Source of the DNA: Neoconidiobolus thromboides FSU 785
Lineage: Eukaryota; Fungi; Entomophthoromycota
Assembly: GCA_025603075.1 (NCBI GenBank)
Contig: MU626263.1
Coordinates: forward strand, 170,940-234,939
Length of the DNA: 64,000 bases
Reading direction: 5' to 3'
This document shows, piece by piece, positions 12,672 through 29,606 of the stretch (its first letter is position 1; each line of letters opens with the position of its first letter). A program made the translations under genes and the position numbers. The notes under the pieces are model-generated. The model searched no databases and was not told the origin of the DNA. It saw only the letters and a list, made by a program, of their open reading frames with translations.

Positions 12672-13302
12672 TGGTAAGTATTAAGGAGAATAGTATGGAG
12701 ATTAAAGAAAAGTAAAGAATGATTTTTTTTGATTTTGATATAAACTTTAATAAAATAAAATTCAATTTAGTTTAAGTTTAAATCAATTATTAGTTATACT
12801 AAATTTAGTTAAATAAAAACTGGTATATTTTATATTTTTATGGCGATTATTTAAGGGAGAATAAATTAGTAATAATTATCAAATTGAATTTGATTTATTA
12901 TTATTGTTATTATTGTTATTATTGTTTTCTTTGTTGAGTTAATTTATACTTAAAATAAATAAATAAATAAATAAATAATAAATAATTTTAAAAAAGATTA
13001 AAAAAATAAAAAAAATGAAGTTTAGTTTTATTTAAATAAGGATTTCAAATTTTAGGTGTTGAATCTAATCTTTTCTACCCCACGTTCAATCCTGGTTGAC
13101 ATGATTTTAATGCTTCTATTTTCAATAAAAAATTATTGTTTGCATACAGCTTTTTATGCTGGTCTCTTTTTAACTTTTTTCAATTTATTTAGTTTAAGGA
13201 GATTCAAAATGAAGATTTTTATTAAGTTTATTATTCTATAATATTGTAACAATAGTATATAATTACTGTAACAATGAGTTAGTAAAATAGAATATATATT
13301 TC

Positions 13303-13353
13303 TATAACATTAATACTATATAACATTAATACTATATAACATTAATACTATAC
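13303..13353. repeat. 16-bp minisatellite (CTATATAACATTAATA) x3
   Basis: Direct tandem repeats read in the sequence. Confidence 0.85.
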
Positions 13354-14634
13354 AATTATTAATAATTCAAATCTTATTATTTTAATTCAAAACAACTTTT
13401 ATTTATTTTAGTTTAAAATTAAAATTTAAAATAAATTGAAATTTTTAATTTTCCCCATAATATTTAATTAATTATGAAATTCTAGATTCACTTATATTGA
13501 ATTAGATTCAAGTTAATAAGTTTTTCATATTTATAATTATCATTTTAAAGTATATTATATTTTTAGTTGAGTTCTAAATTATTAAGATAAAACTTGTTTT
13601 TTGTTAGGATTAGTTAGTTTTGATTTCTAAATCAAAAATTTAGAAATAAAATGAGAATATACAAATTTTTTATTTTAGTATTTTTATTCAAACATTATAA
13701 ACTCATTAATGTTTTAAATCTAATCCTTAAATGACAACACCTTCAAAAAAACTTTGGCCTTTTTTTGTCTCCTGAAATAATTAAGGGTAAGCTATAAAAA
13801 AGGGAAGCTTTTCTAATTATTAACTTGATGACATAAATTTAGACCTGTTTGAAAAGTCCGTTTTTCTACAATTGTTGCGATTCTCTTGTGACTTTATTAG
13901 CAATCATTTTTATAATCAAATTATTTACATTGTTTTTTAGATACTAACCATATATTATATACAGAATTTTGATTTTTTTTTAAAATGTGAAAGTAATTAA
14001 GTCGCAAATGAGTTGAGTTATAATGATTATATTAAAAAAAACAGTAAGATTTAATTAATAAATTTCAAACTAATAAAAAATAAATAGAATTTTTTTTTCA
14101 TTTACTCCAATCTCATGTTATCATCCTGAAGATTATCCTATCTCTCTCCTTGGGTGCATATGATGATGAGTATTGTGTTTGTTTTTATTACTTTCTTTGA
14201 ATTACAGATTGAAAATTATTTATTTTAATTTTATTTTGTTTTTAAACAATGTCAATCTCTATTTTTAAAAAGCCTTATGTTTTATATAACAAAAATAAAT
14301 GTTAAATTTTAGCTAAAATTTTGGACAGCATTAAACATTTGTTTATCTTTAAACATAGTAATCAATTATATTAAATAAATACTACATTCTAAGCCTTTTT
14401 TATTTAATTAGAAAAGTTCTAAAACAAAAGATTGCAGTCATGTTTTTTCTTAAATTAATAAATTAATATAAAATATCAAGCAATTTGTATTTTAATAACA
14501 ATATTTAATTTAATATTTGTTCATCAAATTATGGAGTAATTCTATTTTTATTTTAAAACACAAAAGAAGACATAATTACTTTGCATAATATTGCCAAGCC
14601 ATAGATTAATAAAAAATATAGTTAAACCAATAAT

Positions 14635-14728
14635 TGGGGGTATATTTTTTTGTTTGAATTGCTAACAATTTTTCTACCTAGATAGTACATAAAATAGGGA
14701 AGTTGATGAAACTAAAAAAACACCCCCA
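14635..14728 (-). mobile_element. Diverged MITE family A copy
   Basis: TGGGGGTA...CACCCCCA termini with a recognisable interior. Confidence 0.7.
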
Positions 14729-15281
14729 ATTGAATAAAATCAACAATAAATTTTCAATCCTATCATTTTCGCCTTAGGTTAAAAATAATATCGTTTGGAG
14801 CACAAATAATAATTTGAGTTTTTCTGATTACTAATAAATATAGAAAGCTCTTTTGTCATTTTAATTCTAAATATTATTATGTCTCACTTTTCCATTATAT
14901 AAAACTTCAAACATATCAACAAATGATAATAATATAGATTAACTCTAATCCCAAAAAAACTTTGATTTTATTAAAGAAAAAAAGGATTTGAAAAAACAAA
15001 AGACAATGCGGATAGTAAGGATAAATTAGTTAAACTAGATAAATAAGATCAATAATAACAATAAAATACTTGATCTTTTTTTCTGTACAAAAAACAATAA
15101 CAAATAAGGTTATAAATAAATAAATAAATAAAGATTCTTAATATCAATAAGATATCTTCTTCATTTTTACATATTAATATCACACTATTAAAAATTAACT
15201 AAAATTATAATTAATACAAATCATAAATCATAATTAAATAAACTTACTTAAAATGAATTCGAAATCGCTTTAAACTTGGCG

Positions 15282-17150
15282 TCAAAAAGAAGTTAATGAA
15301 GCATAATGATAAGCTTTGGTTTTTGAATTAAACTTGATTGATTCTTTTGGAGTTTCACCAACGGTAGGAGAAGTGAGTGCTTCACTTGGTGGTTTTGAAA
15401 AAGAATGAGGTGGAGAAAATGGCTTATTTTGTAAATTAATACGATGATGACTAGAACTTCTTGTTGGTCTTAAAAGACCTGAATCTCCACCACTTTTACT
15501 ACTTACTGAGTTTAATTTACTTCTTGTTGATAAACTATTTAAGGATTCATCTAAACTTATTAACCCTCCTACTTTGATATTTAAATTTAATTTTTTCACT
15601 AATTTTTCTATTAAAAAAGAATAATTAAATTAATCATTTTCAATTATTATTATTATTATTTGAAATTTACCTTTTAATAATGTCCTTATATATTCTTGTG
15701 AGCAAACATCACATGGTGATTCATCATCATTATTTAATATATTAATTGATATATCTGGTATTGTTATTAAATATTTAACTATACTTTCATGGCCTTCAGC
15801 AGCTGCACAATGTAGTGGTGTCCAACCTTCTCTATCTTGTGGATTAACATTAGCTCCATTTTCAATCAAATATTGACAAATAGAAATATGGTTATAACTT
15901 GAAGCTAAATGAAGTAAAGATAATTTAGAATACGATGTATGAGTATCAAACACATTTTCTATTCCTTCATTATAAATCATTTGTTGATTAGTTGGATTTT
16001 CTAATGTCAATTTAAGTTGAAAATAATCTCCTGATCGTGCACAATCAAGTGCCAATGTCTTTGGATCAAATATGACTCGCTTCTTTTTCATTTCAGTATT
16101 CTTTAAACATGACTTGATTATTTTTTCCGTTTTATTATTTATTTCTTCATCTGAATTTGAATTTGAACTGATTGGTATTGGTGTACCAAGTGAATGTGCT
16201 CTTATTAAAATTTGATCCATCGGTGTATCCTTTTTATCTTTATTCTTCATATTCATACTTTCAATTATGGATGCTATCTTGTTCCCCCTTAAATCAATAC
16301 TACTTAAACTTTCACTTGATTTTTTATGTAATATAGCTTTAGATCTTGTTAACGGTGAATTCACTTCGGGTATTTTAGTAAATATTGGTTCGAATCGTCT
16401 TATTTCCCTTCTAGAAATGGAACTACCGTCAACGGATAACGACCTACGAATCGGGTATCGAACAACTAAGATTCATTTTAATTACATTTTTTACATAATA
16501 ATGAACAATTTGATTTTACCTTCTTTAATATTTAAAAATAATGCTCTTGTTTTATCATCATCTGCACAATCAACCGCTTTATATTTCCTTTCGTTTCTTT
16601 TGTTAGTATTTGCCCCTAACTCAATTAACCTTTTTACTAAATCAGCCATGCCCATAAAACTAGCTAAATGTAAAATGGTATTTCCAGAACCCCAAACTTT
16701 AGACATAAACTCATATAATACTTTTTTTGTTGACATAATTTCGGATTGTTTGGCTATATAATTAATAATATCAATAGCCATATCCTCTTCACCAAGCATA
16801 CAAGTAGTTTGTATAGCATTTAAATTACTTACAATTGGACCTAAAAGTTCAGCTGCATCCATAAGGATGTCGTTATCATGTTTAAAATAATTATCATGGT
16901 TGGGATAAGTAAAAGTCACTAAAACTTGTAATATTAAACTGGGATTATGATTCGATAATACTTTGCTTAATTTCATTCTGTTTTCACTACAAATGGCATC
17001 GAATAAATCTTTTTGAATTGATGTTATTGCTTCCCATCGATCTACTTCTGGTTCTTCAAAATCGGATAATGACTCTTCTTCTTCTATATTGTTTGTTGTA
17101 CCCCCCATTGGCGTTAAATAATATATCTTTGGTTTTGACATCCTTAGCAT
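15282..17150 (-). CDS. Ankyrin-repeat protein with a PP1-docking RVxF motif (MYPT/PPP1R12-16-like module), 3 exons
   Basis: ORFs 16491-17150, 15630-16364 and 15282-15599 join in frame through GT-AG introns; ankyrin motifs GNTILHLASFMG, LSLLHLASSYNH, GWTPLHCAAAEGH; KRVIF immediately precedes the second ankyrin block. Start codon uncertain. Confidence 0.82.
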
Positions 17151-18443
17151 ACCTTGATTAATTGTTATTAATTATTAATTTTGAAATAAATTAGAGATTA
17201 AAAAAAATATTAAAAATATCAAAAAGTGGAATTCTTCATTATAGCATTAAATGAAATCTGTAACATTTGATTTAAATAATAGGTAAGAAAAATGATGTTT
17301 ATTATTGTGATTTAATACTATTAAGCGTACCTTATAATGAAATGAACTCAAACCAAACTTTTTTAAAAAAATTCAAAATTAGAAGTTAAATTTCCTACTT
17401 TATTTTTATCAAACTTTTAATTTAGCATAAACTGAGGTTTGAATTGCGAATAAAAGTCAAGTTTCTAAGCTATAACTAACACTTTTCTTGTTTTTCTATC
17501 CTTCTTTTTAGCTCACTTTTTCTCAAGTAAAAAATGATATCATTCCTCTAACGATCTTTAAAATGAGAGTTTGACCCTTGCTTTCAATTTTGCTGCTAGG
17601 TTTTATGAGCTCTTTTTTAGCTGGAAAGATCAACTACAATTTCCGAATTTTATTAATTTTTTGTAGATAATTGAAATAATAAAAATTTATAATTATATAT
17701 TCTATTTATTAATATGGTTAAATAAATAATATAAATAGCATCGTTTATTATAATTTTAAAAATTTAAAATATGTTGAGAGTTTTTACATTAATGTGAGAA
17801 CAGTAAACATATGTTGAATATCGGAATAATTTTATCTAAAATTTTAATATTAATAAAATCAATTTATTATAATTAATCAACTAAAATGGAAACAGGTATT
17901 ATTCTAAATTACAATATTCATATTTATAAAATAGTAACATATTAAATAGTTTAATTTAATATATACTATAATATATATAATGCTCAAACTTGATTTTATT
18001 TAGTTTAGAACAAATATAGATAAAAGAATTTACTTTGTTATTAATTAAATTGAATCAATCAATTGAGAGGTTATGAACTAGGAAACATATGTAAAAATTA
18101 TAACTTTATTTTACAAATGACAGTACACTAAAATAATAACTTATAATCTAGAACCATTTGAATACATAAGTAGCATTTTTTATATTTTTTTATTGAGTAT
18201 ATAATTTCTCCATAGACAGACATTCATTCAATTTCTCCCTAGCTGTTTATAAAAGCAATTTCCAAACTGCTAATTCCAAAGCTTGAAGTTTTGACGTAAA
18301 AAAAAGCCAATAAGATTCAAAGGCACTTTTAAAAAACCAATAAAAAAACAGCATGAAGCTGTGTATTAAGTTGAATTTCAGATTTTGAAGTTCAATTTTT
18401 TTCTATCAATTTTTCTTAATTATTAACGTTCAATTCAATTGAG

Positions 18444-20613
18444 ATGGGTTATTTTTGTGGTGAAGGTTCCTGTTTTTCAAGTTTATTTTGCTGCTGTGGT
18501 GACAATGGTACATTTTTTAAAAACAAATCGCTTTTATTTGATATTTATAACGCTTTTTTTGAAAGATTCTTCAGTTCCTTCTTCAAAGGACTTACCACCT
18601 AACGAGCGTGCTGCGGTCACAGACCTATTACACTTTTTAGAATGTAATTTAATCACCCAAACTAGATTTAAAACTAATCATTATAGACCGCGAAAACGTT
18701 AATTTCTTTGAAGGTGAACCTTTAAGAGCATTATCAACTTTAGCTTTTTCGGATAATATTGATTTACAACGTTCGGCTGCTTTAGCCTTTGCTGAAGTTA
18801 CTGAAAAAGGTTTATTATTTTTTATTTTTTATAAGAAGTAGTTTCTAAACCAAATTAAAGAGGTTAGAGAAGTAGATAGACCAACATTAGAGCCCATCAT
18901 GTTCCTATTACAGTCTCATGATGTTGAAGTTCAGCGTGCTGCTTCTGCAGCCTTAGGAAATTTAGCTGTTAATAGTACTTTATTTATACATATTGTTGTT
19001 ATGATATTAAAATTATTTAAGCTCAAAATAAGTTACTGATTGTGGAAATGGGTGGACTTGAAGCACTTATTCGTCAAATGTTATCACCAAATGTTGAAGT
19101 ACAATGTAATGCTGTTGGCTGTATCACTAATCTTGCCACTCATGGTATAAATGTTTTTATATTTTAAAAGTATGACTTATTTTAAATAGATTTAAACAAG
19201 TCAAAAATTGCAAAGAGTGGGGCACTTATCCCATTAATTAGATTGGCACGTTCTAAAGATATGAGAGTACAGCGCAATGCTACTGGTGCTTTACTTAATA
19301 TGACGCATTCTGGTAATACTACTATGATACTATAAATGTGATAGTTGTTAAATAATATTATAGATGAAAATCGACAACAATTAGTAAACGCAGGAGCTAT
19401 TCCAGTGTTAATTAGTTTACTTCATTCTTCAGACACTGATGTTCAATATTATTGTACTACTGCCATCAGCAATATTGCAGTTGATGGTAACTATATATCT
19501 ATATTTACTGATCATTTAATTTATTATTAGCTACAAACCGAAAAAAACTTGCACAAAGTGATTCTCAACTTGTCAATAGTTTAATTTCTTTAATGGAATC
19601 AACATCTCTTAAGGTCCAATGCCAAGCCGCATTAGCTTTACGTAATCTAGCATCAGATGGTAAAAAGATTTTAAATGTTATTTAAATCTTAATTAAATAT
19701 TTTAGACAAATATCAACTTGAAGTTGTACGCGCTAATGGACTTCCATCTTTACTTCGCTTATTACAATCCTCTTTCTTACCTCTTATTCTTTCATCAGTA
19801 GCTTGTATTAGAAATATATCCATTCACCCAATGAACGAATCTCCCATCATTGATGCTGGTTTCCTTCAACCTTTAATTAGTTTACTAGCATATGAAGAAA
19901 ATGAAGAAATTCAATGTCATGCCATTAGTACTTTAAGAAACCTTGCAGCTAGTTCAGAAAGGAATAAGAAAGCTATTGTGGAAGCTGGGGCCGTTGAACG
20001 TATCAAAGAACTTATATTATCTCTTTCTCATAGTGTCCAAAGTGAAATGACTGCTGCTATTGCAGTCCTTGCTCTTAGTGGTAAGTTTTTATAGTCTTTT
20101 TTGTAATTTTATTAAGTGATTTAGATGATTTGAAGCCTCGCTTATTGAATTTAAATGTGTTAAATTTCCTCATTCCATTGACACAGTCACCTAGCATTGA
20201 AGTACAAGGAAACAGTGCAGCAGCTATTGGAAATTTATCTTCAAAAGGTAATTTAATATTTAAAAAAAGAATATAATATTAATAATTCTATAGTTCAAGA
20301 TTATACACCATTTTTGAAGGTATGGGATAAACCAGAGTATGGATTAAATGGATATCTTATTAACTTCCTTCAAAGCCCCGAACCTACATTTCAACATATT
20401 GCAATTTGGACAGTTGTTCAGTTTGTTGAGGGCAAAAACAATGATTTATTAAAATTAATATTTAAATCTGATATTATTATGGAAGCAGTTAGAAGGTTAG
20501 CAATCATTCCAGTAGATGCGGATGAAGAACCAAATGAAGATAGTGAAGTAGTTACATTAGCTAAAAGGATTGTTAGTGCGTATGAAGAAGAGGAAGCAAG
20601 TAGTGAACAATAA
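18444..20613 (+). CDS. VAC8: Vacuolar armadillo-repeat protein Vac8, multi-exon
   Basis: MGYFC...CCC acylation-type N-terminus; [88 protein letters not shown]. Confidence 0.96.
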
Positions 20614-21353
20614 GATTCACCCTTTCTATAATCGTTCTAATAATAATTTATCTACTTATTTAGTTACACTTTTTTTCATCTCGTAAATATTAAAGCAAAT
20701 TATTAATATTAATTAAATTAGAAGATTATCTTATTTTAATGCTTATGTTTTATAACATTTTAAATTGTTTTGGTGATAAATTTGATATATTTTTAGTTAT
20801 GTAATTTTGTGGTTATGTAGATTACATGTTAATTTCACTTATAAATTGGAACAGAATAAAAGCTAAATAATAGAATATAAATAAAGTAAGGAACTCATGA
20901 TATTAAAAATTTAATAAGTTTATGATTCCTTTATAAGGTAGAATACTTAGCTTAAACTCGCTTCTGTCATTTTGATGTTTATTTTAAAATGCTTTCCATC
21001 TTATTTTAATAATATTATATTCATACAAAAAGTTTTTATTTTATAACATTAAAGTGGCTTAAGTATTTTTGATATTCAAAAGTAATTATATTTACTCTTT
21101 TTATTATCTTATTATAATTGTTCTTATCAAATCTAAACTTCAAGCTTAGCTAAATATTTTTTTAATTTGCTGTGCTTTTGTTGATTCAATTATTCAGCAA
21201 ATAAACCTCCACCTTACTTTTATTTGGACTCATTTAATTCGTTAAATACACAGCTTCAACTTACCAATAAAATTGTAAACGTCATTTCCAAAGGTATATA
21301 AAGCAAGTAAATAAGCAGAGTTCTAATAAAACCTACTTTTTTATAAATTAAAG

Positions 21354-23991
<2,638 letters not shown>

Positions 23992-25114
23992 AAATAGTGA
24001 CATATCTATTGGTGTTTTTCTATTAGGATTTAGACTAAAATTTTCTTAGGATTGTTTATTTTGAATAAAGGTCAACTTTTTAAATTATCTATCAGTTTAT
24101 GATTTTACGTGTGACATGTTATAAAAACAAATATCAAAATATAATGAGACGAAATAGTATAGTTTTATATTGTTAATACAATTATTGAAATATTTTTAGC
24201 TAGTAAATTTTATTTGATTAAAACAATATATCTAATTTTATAAGTTACTATAAACTTATTACTCTAAATGATTTCTGGAGATAACTATAATAATAGCATT
24301 TCTTATTACCTTAAAACAGTTTAAATAGCCATACTCAACTTATGTAACGAATTGTATCGTTATTAAACAACTAATATCCTTTCTTATTATATCTTTACAT
24401 TACTTTGAACTTATCTAGAAATAGAATAAACAATTTGCTAATTTTGATTTTTAAATGACCATATAATGATCAAAAAATCAACACTTTTTATTAAAAAGCC
24501 TAAATTCTGCCACCATTATGAAATTTGCCATTGTTAGTAACAGCTCTAATTCAAGAATTAAAATTCAAATTGGCTAATTACAAAGCTAAGCTCCATTTCT
24601 TTTTTTAGTAAATAAATCTCAACCAAAATTAAGAGTCACTTTATGATTTGTCCACCTTCTATTTTTCAAATCTTTAAAAGCTTTGCGATTTGCTAAATAA
24701 ATCAAATTTTGATTTTTCTTTAGTAATAAGTCCAAATAAATCAAATCGACCCTACTGCAATAGTGCCTTTAATTTGCTAAATCTATAATTTTATCCAATC
24801 AGTGATCCACTATGTGGCAAAAACATGAGTCTAAGTTTTTGAATAAGCCAATGATTTTTAACAAAATTGATTAAACTTTTTCAAGTCAATCATTAATAAT
24901 TTATTATCCAATGAAATCCATCTAATGTTTTAAGGTATAAATTAAAATGGTTTGAAGTAGTGATTGTTCAAAATGAAGCAAGCACTAATTCTTTTTAAAT
25001 TACTTTAAATTGAGAAATACCAATTAATTTGGCTATTCAAACTTTACTTACTTAATTTTAAGCAAATAGTCACTCTTCTTAAAATAGCTTCCCTCACAAA
25101 TTAATTCAAAGATA

Positions 25115-26185
25115 ATGGCTAATTTTGTTCCAATGGGTGCTCCTCCAATGGGTGTTCCTCCAATGGGATCCTCTTCCGTAAGAGGCAACTCAAACGGTGC
25201 AAATAATCGATTAAATGTCACAGCAGAGTCTTTTAATTTGCCAAAGACGAAAGTAAAGCGGAATTACTTTAGCGGAAAGCAATCCAAAAAGTTGCTAAAA
25301 ATATTTTCAGTTACCCCTATGCCATGTAGGGAACTTAGGACCAAAATAGCAAATGAGTTTAATGTACCAGAAAACAGTGTTAAAGTTTGGTTTCAAAACC
25401 ATCGAGCTAAGCTTCGAAATAAGATGGAGCTTGAGAATAATGGCCTTGAAGATAACTCTGAAAATGAAGGAAGCCATAGTGCAAAGGAAAGCCCACAGAA
25501 TAGTGTGCTGGATGGTACAAACCCTATCTTCAATACAAATGATCCAAGTGTATTCAATCTGTTACCCAAAGATGAGAACCCTGGCATCCAGTTACTTCCG
25601 AATGCCTTTGTAGACCTCAACGTATTTGAACCTACATCCAAAAAGTATAGCCAAATGACACAAGGTCAGAAGTATAGAACAATTGAACCACACCAATCTC
25701 ATAGTAATAATGGAAATTCACTTGAATATCTTTCAATAGATCGTAACGAAATAACCAGGATCCCACTTCCTCAAGGATATAGTAAAAGGATAACGCAAGA
25801 ACAAAGAGAAATGATAAACACTATACTTGGACTTGAACATAATTATAACCCAGCACCACAAACGAATGAGGGATTGGCTAAATCCTTATCCCTCCCCTTC
25901 CCTACTACTTCCAGGAATCAAAGTAAAAACGATGATATTGACAATTATATGGATACTAGGGAATGTCAATCTGATTGCCCTCGCCCCCCTAATGGAACCC
26001 CTGAAGATGTTTTTATTACAGAAAATATGTTTGATAGGCAATCTAGGAGGGAAGCTCTAAAATTTAAGCATCTACCCCTAACCCCCCTTCCTTCCCCAGA
26101 ACCTGAAAATTGCTCACCCGAAACGTTGATCCACTGTGAACTAGCGCCTTTACTTCTTAAACTGTCAAGAGTAAATAGCGATTGA
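25115..26185 (+). CDS. Homeodomain transcription factor (intronless)
   Basis: KVKRNYFSGKQSKKLLKIF...ELRTKIANEFNVPENSVKVWFQNHRAK: R5, F8, L16, F20, W48, F49, Q50, N51 and R53 are conserved. Confidence 0.88.
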   Translation: MANFVPMGAPPMGVPPMGSSSVRGNSNGANNRLNVTAESFNLPKTKVKRNYFSGKQSKKLLKIFSVTPMPCRELRTKIANEFNVPENSVKVWFQNHRAKLRNKMELENNGLEDNSENEGSHSAKESPQNSVLDGTNPIFNTNDPSVFNLLPKDENPGIQLLPNAFVDLNVFEPTSKKYSQMTQGQKYRTIEPHQSHSNNGNSLEYLSIDRNEITRIPLPQGYSKRITQEQREMINTILGLEHNYNPAPQTNEGLAKSLSLPFPTTSRNQSKNDDIDNYMDTRECQSDCPRPPNGTPEDVFITENMFDRQSRREALKFKHLPLTPLPSPEPENCSPETLIHCELAPLLLKLSRVNSD

Positions 26186-26442
26186 TTTCAAAACGCTTAT
26201 CCAAGTTAGTCCAATGGCCTTAACAATAGTTGTAAAAATTACTTTTGCAAGGATTAATCTATTTGTATTTTTATTCAGTTTGTTTGTTTTAAGTTCTTTT
26301 TACAAGTTAAAGCTATAAGCTTTTAAAATAAAATTTTTAGTTATGTTTAATTCATAAATATTTATTTGCTTAATTTGTTTTATTCAATTGCAAGAATGAA
26401 TAAGATTTAAGTCAAGAATTAGTTTGATAGAGCTTAACCCAG

Positions 26443-27043
<601 letters not shown>

Positions 27044-28559
27044 TGTTTGTAAAAAATATCTAAACTTTATTAAAACAGAAGATTAGTAAATAAATTCAAA
27101 ATAAACAGTTAAAGCCAATGAAATTGAACAATCAATAAGCAGTTAGGTTAAAAATCGCTGCAAATTTCAATCAAAAAGTGGGTTCAAACCTACCTCTTAA
27201 AGTTTTAAAACCAAAGTGAAGCTTAGAAAGATAAAAAAATATGGATTAATTTCAATAGTATAGGTATTTATACCTCAAGTTGAGGATTATCAAAGCTCAG
27301 ACCATTCACACTTAGCTATTCCATTTTTGCAGGGTATACCTAGCTGTTTTACAAGGGGTGATGTAAAACTTTTTAAAATATTAATCATTTTAATCATTTT
27401 AAAATATAAATCGATTTATTATATTCAACTTTTATGAACTCAAAAAAAGTTGGAGAGTTTAGAATACAAAATTTCATCCACTATTGTTCAAGGATTTTAA
27501 GATGGAACAACATAGAATTCGATTCAACTTTTGTTATAGGGCGTTTCTATGGCCTCTGTTAAAGGATTCGATGTATTTTATTTGACAATATGATATTCCA
27601 CATACTTCTTTATTATCGATCTTATTTTTTTTATATTTGATATTTTATTTTTATTTTACTTTGAATTTTATGTTCACTTTACTTTAGCCATATATGCTTT
27701 AATTAAAACTGGATTTAAGAACTGATATCATTAGTCACGCACAAATGAATTAATCAAATCAAAGAGGGGATATTTTTGCTTCTATGTTTTAATTTGTCAC
27801 TCATTTGAGCAGTAACTAAGCAAAAAGATACCTTTGAGGAGGGCTTAACGTTGTTTCTCCAAATAAGTTAACTTATTAAGTCACTCTTTGAAGTCAAGAA
27901 TAATTAGTTAGAGTAATCCGATTATTAGTAACATTTGTGAATTATTAAGTAAGAACAAAATTAAAATCTAAAATTTTAGTTTATTTCAATAACACATAAA
28001 TTTAGAGTAACTATAGCTTTTAGTTATGACATTAAATTATTCAACAAACACTTTGAAGTATGTTATTTTTTCTAAAATAGAATTAAATTGACTTTCGTTA
28101 GTAAAGAGATTAAGTTTATTAAAACATAGCATTGCATTATATTATTGTATTATCTTACATGAAACATTGGTAATCTTATTTGTGATTTCTAAATTTTAGA
28201 GAACTTAATTTTTAGGAACAAAAATTACTTTTGAAAATTTAACTTTTAAAAATTACACATTGGGTAAACAATCAATCTACATATAAAGCATTTAAACGTT
28301 ATAATTTATGTTGAAAAATGTGACATCCTAACAAACACTTGTAGCCTTTTTGAAAATGTTTTTTGTAATAGAGTGATATACTTTGATTTGCTTTCAAATA
28401 ATCAAGTCATTTTAATATCAAAAAAACGAGTATTTTACATCAAGATGCAAATGAATGTTTGAAAATACAAACAATCACTTAAAAGTATATCCAGATTTCA
28501 ATTAAAGTTTATTATGGGGCTTTAATAACATTTAGTGTGAGAAATAATATTATCTATTA

Positions 28560-29140
28560 TTCATGAAGAGTGAATTTGATCATGTTTCTGTGTTTGAGTT
28601 TAATCAACAATCTTTATAAGCTTTAGGTCACCTAAAAGGTCAACAAATTCTAGTTAAAACAATAATCCTTATCTTCATCTTTAATCGCCCTCTGCTCTTG
28701 AACTAAAGAAAAAAGACTACTCATTTTTAGGCAAATAATCAAGCTTCTAAGAAAGGGTATAATAAAGTTGTTTTATAATATTATCTTTGGGCTAAAACAA
28801 ATCAAAAACAATTGTCTGTAACAGCAATCCTGTACTGTTATTTTAGCAGGCTTATCCAAAGAAGGGGATTTCTTTTGAAGCAGCTTTACAAATGTAACTT
28901 AAATACCGTATTTTTCTGGCTATAGCCTACTCACCCGTATTATCTCCACCAAACTTTTTAGCCCACATTTCGTATAATTCTAATTAAAAATTCTAATTAA
29001 ATTTATGAATCTTACCAGTCAAAACAAAATTAAACTCATCTATCAATACAGATTTTCATTAAAACCAATCTAGTTCTTTTTGGCTGGACTTTCAATCAAA
29101 AAGGCGGACTGTGACTGAAAATATGACAACTCTAATTGTC
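28560..29140 (-). CDS. Possible small multi-exon gene or pseudogene, unidentified
   Basis: GTAAG and GTGAG donors with matching acceptors join DEFNFVLT/ELYEMWAKKFGGDNT/AASKEIPSLDKPAKIT in frame; no clean start or stop was resolved. Confidence 0.3.
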
Positions 29141-29567
29141 TAGATGAAAAATAAAACATCATTTTTTAACATTTAATATATTATTTAAAGGGTACTTAAT
29201 ATATTGAAAATCAACTTTAAAAACGTATTGAATTTTGATTCTATTAATCTAAAAAAACCAAAATTAGCAAACTATTAATAATTTTTTTAAAGTACTTTAT
29301 TAGAAGTAATTGTTCAAATATTTTAAATGAATTTCTTTAACTTCAAGTTTTTTAGCGACTAATTAAAATACAGAAAAAGTATTAAAATGTAGAGTTTAGA
29401 ATTTAAAATTAGCACATTTAAATATTAATATAATTAACATATATCAATTATCAAATTTACTGAATATAACATCGAAAAATAATGTTCATATTTTAATACA
29501 AATCAATTTATACATGCTTTAAAATTTAGGCGAAATTGAATAATCCCATCTAAATGAACTGATTCTT

Positions 29568-29606
29568 ATTGGCTACTACCATGATCTAACAAAGTCCAAT
29601 CATTGG
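29568..29606. promoter_or_regulatory. Cluster of three CCAAT boxes upstream of succinyl-CoA ligase beta
   Basis: ATTGGCTA at 29568, CCAAT at 29596 and ATTGGCTA at 29602, about 100-140 bp before the ATG; HAP/NF-Y control of TCA genes is established in fungi. Confidence 0.55.

Noticed and set aside
25115-26185. Homeobox gene as a mating-type HD locus
   Set aside because: No divergent HD1/HD2 partner and none of the usual flanking genes; no evidence beyond the domain itself.
27135-27200. tRNA T-arm-like GTGGGTTCAAACCTAC upstream of H3
   Set aside because: The loop is one base short and no acceptor, D or anticodon stems can be formed.
27044-29600. Expected divergent histone H4 partner of H3
   Set aside because: No MSGRGKGG-type exon was found; H3 appears unpaired here.
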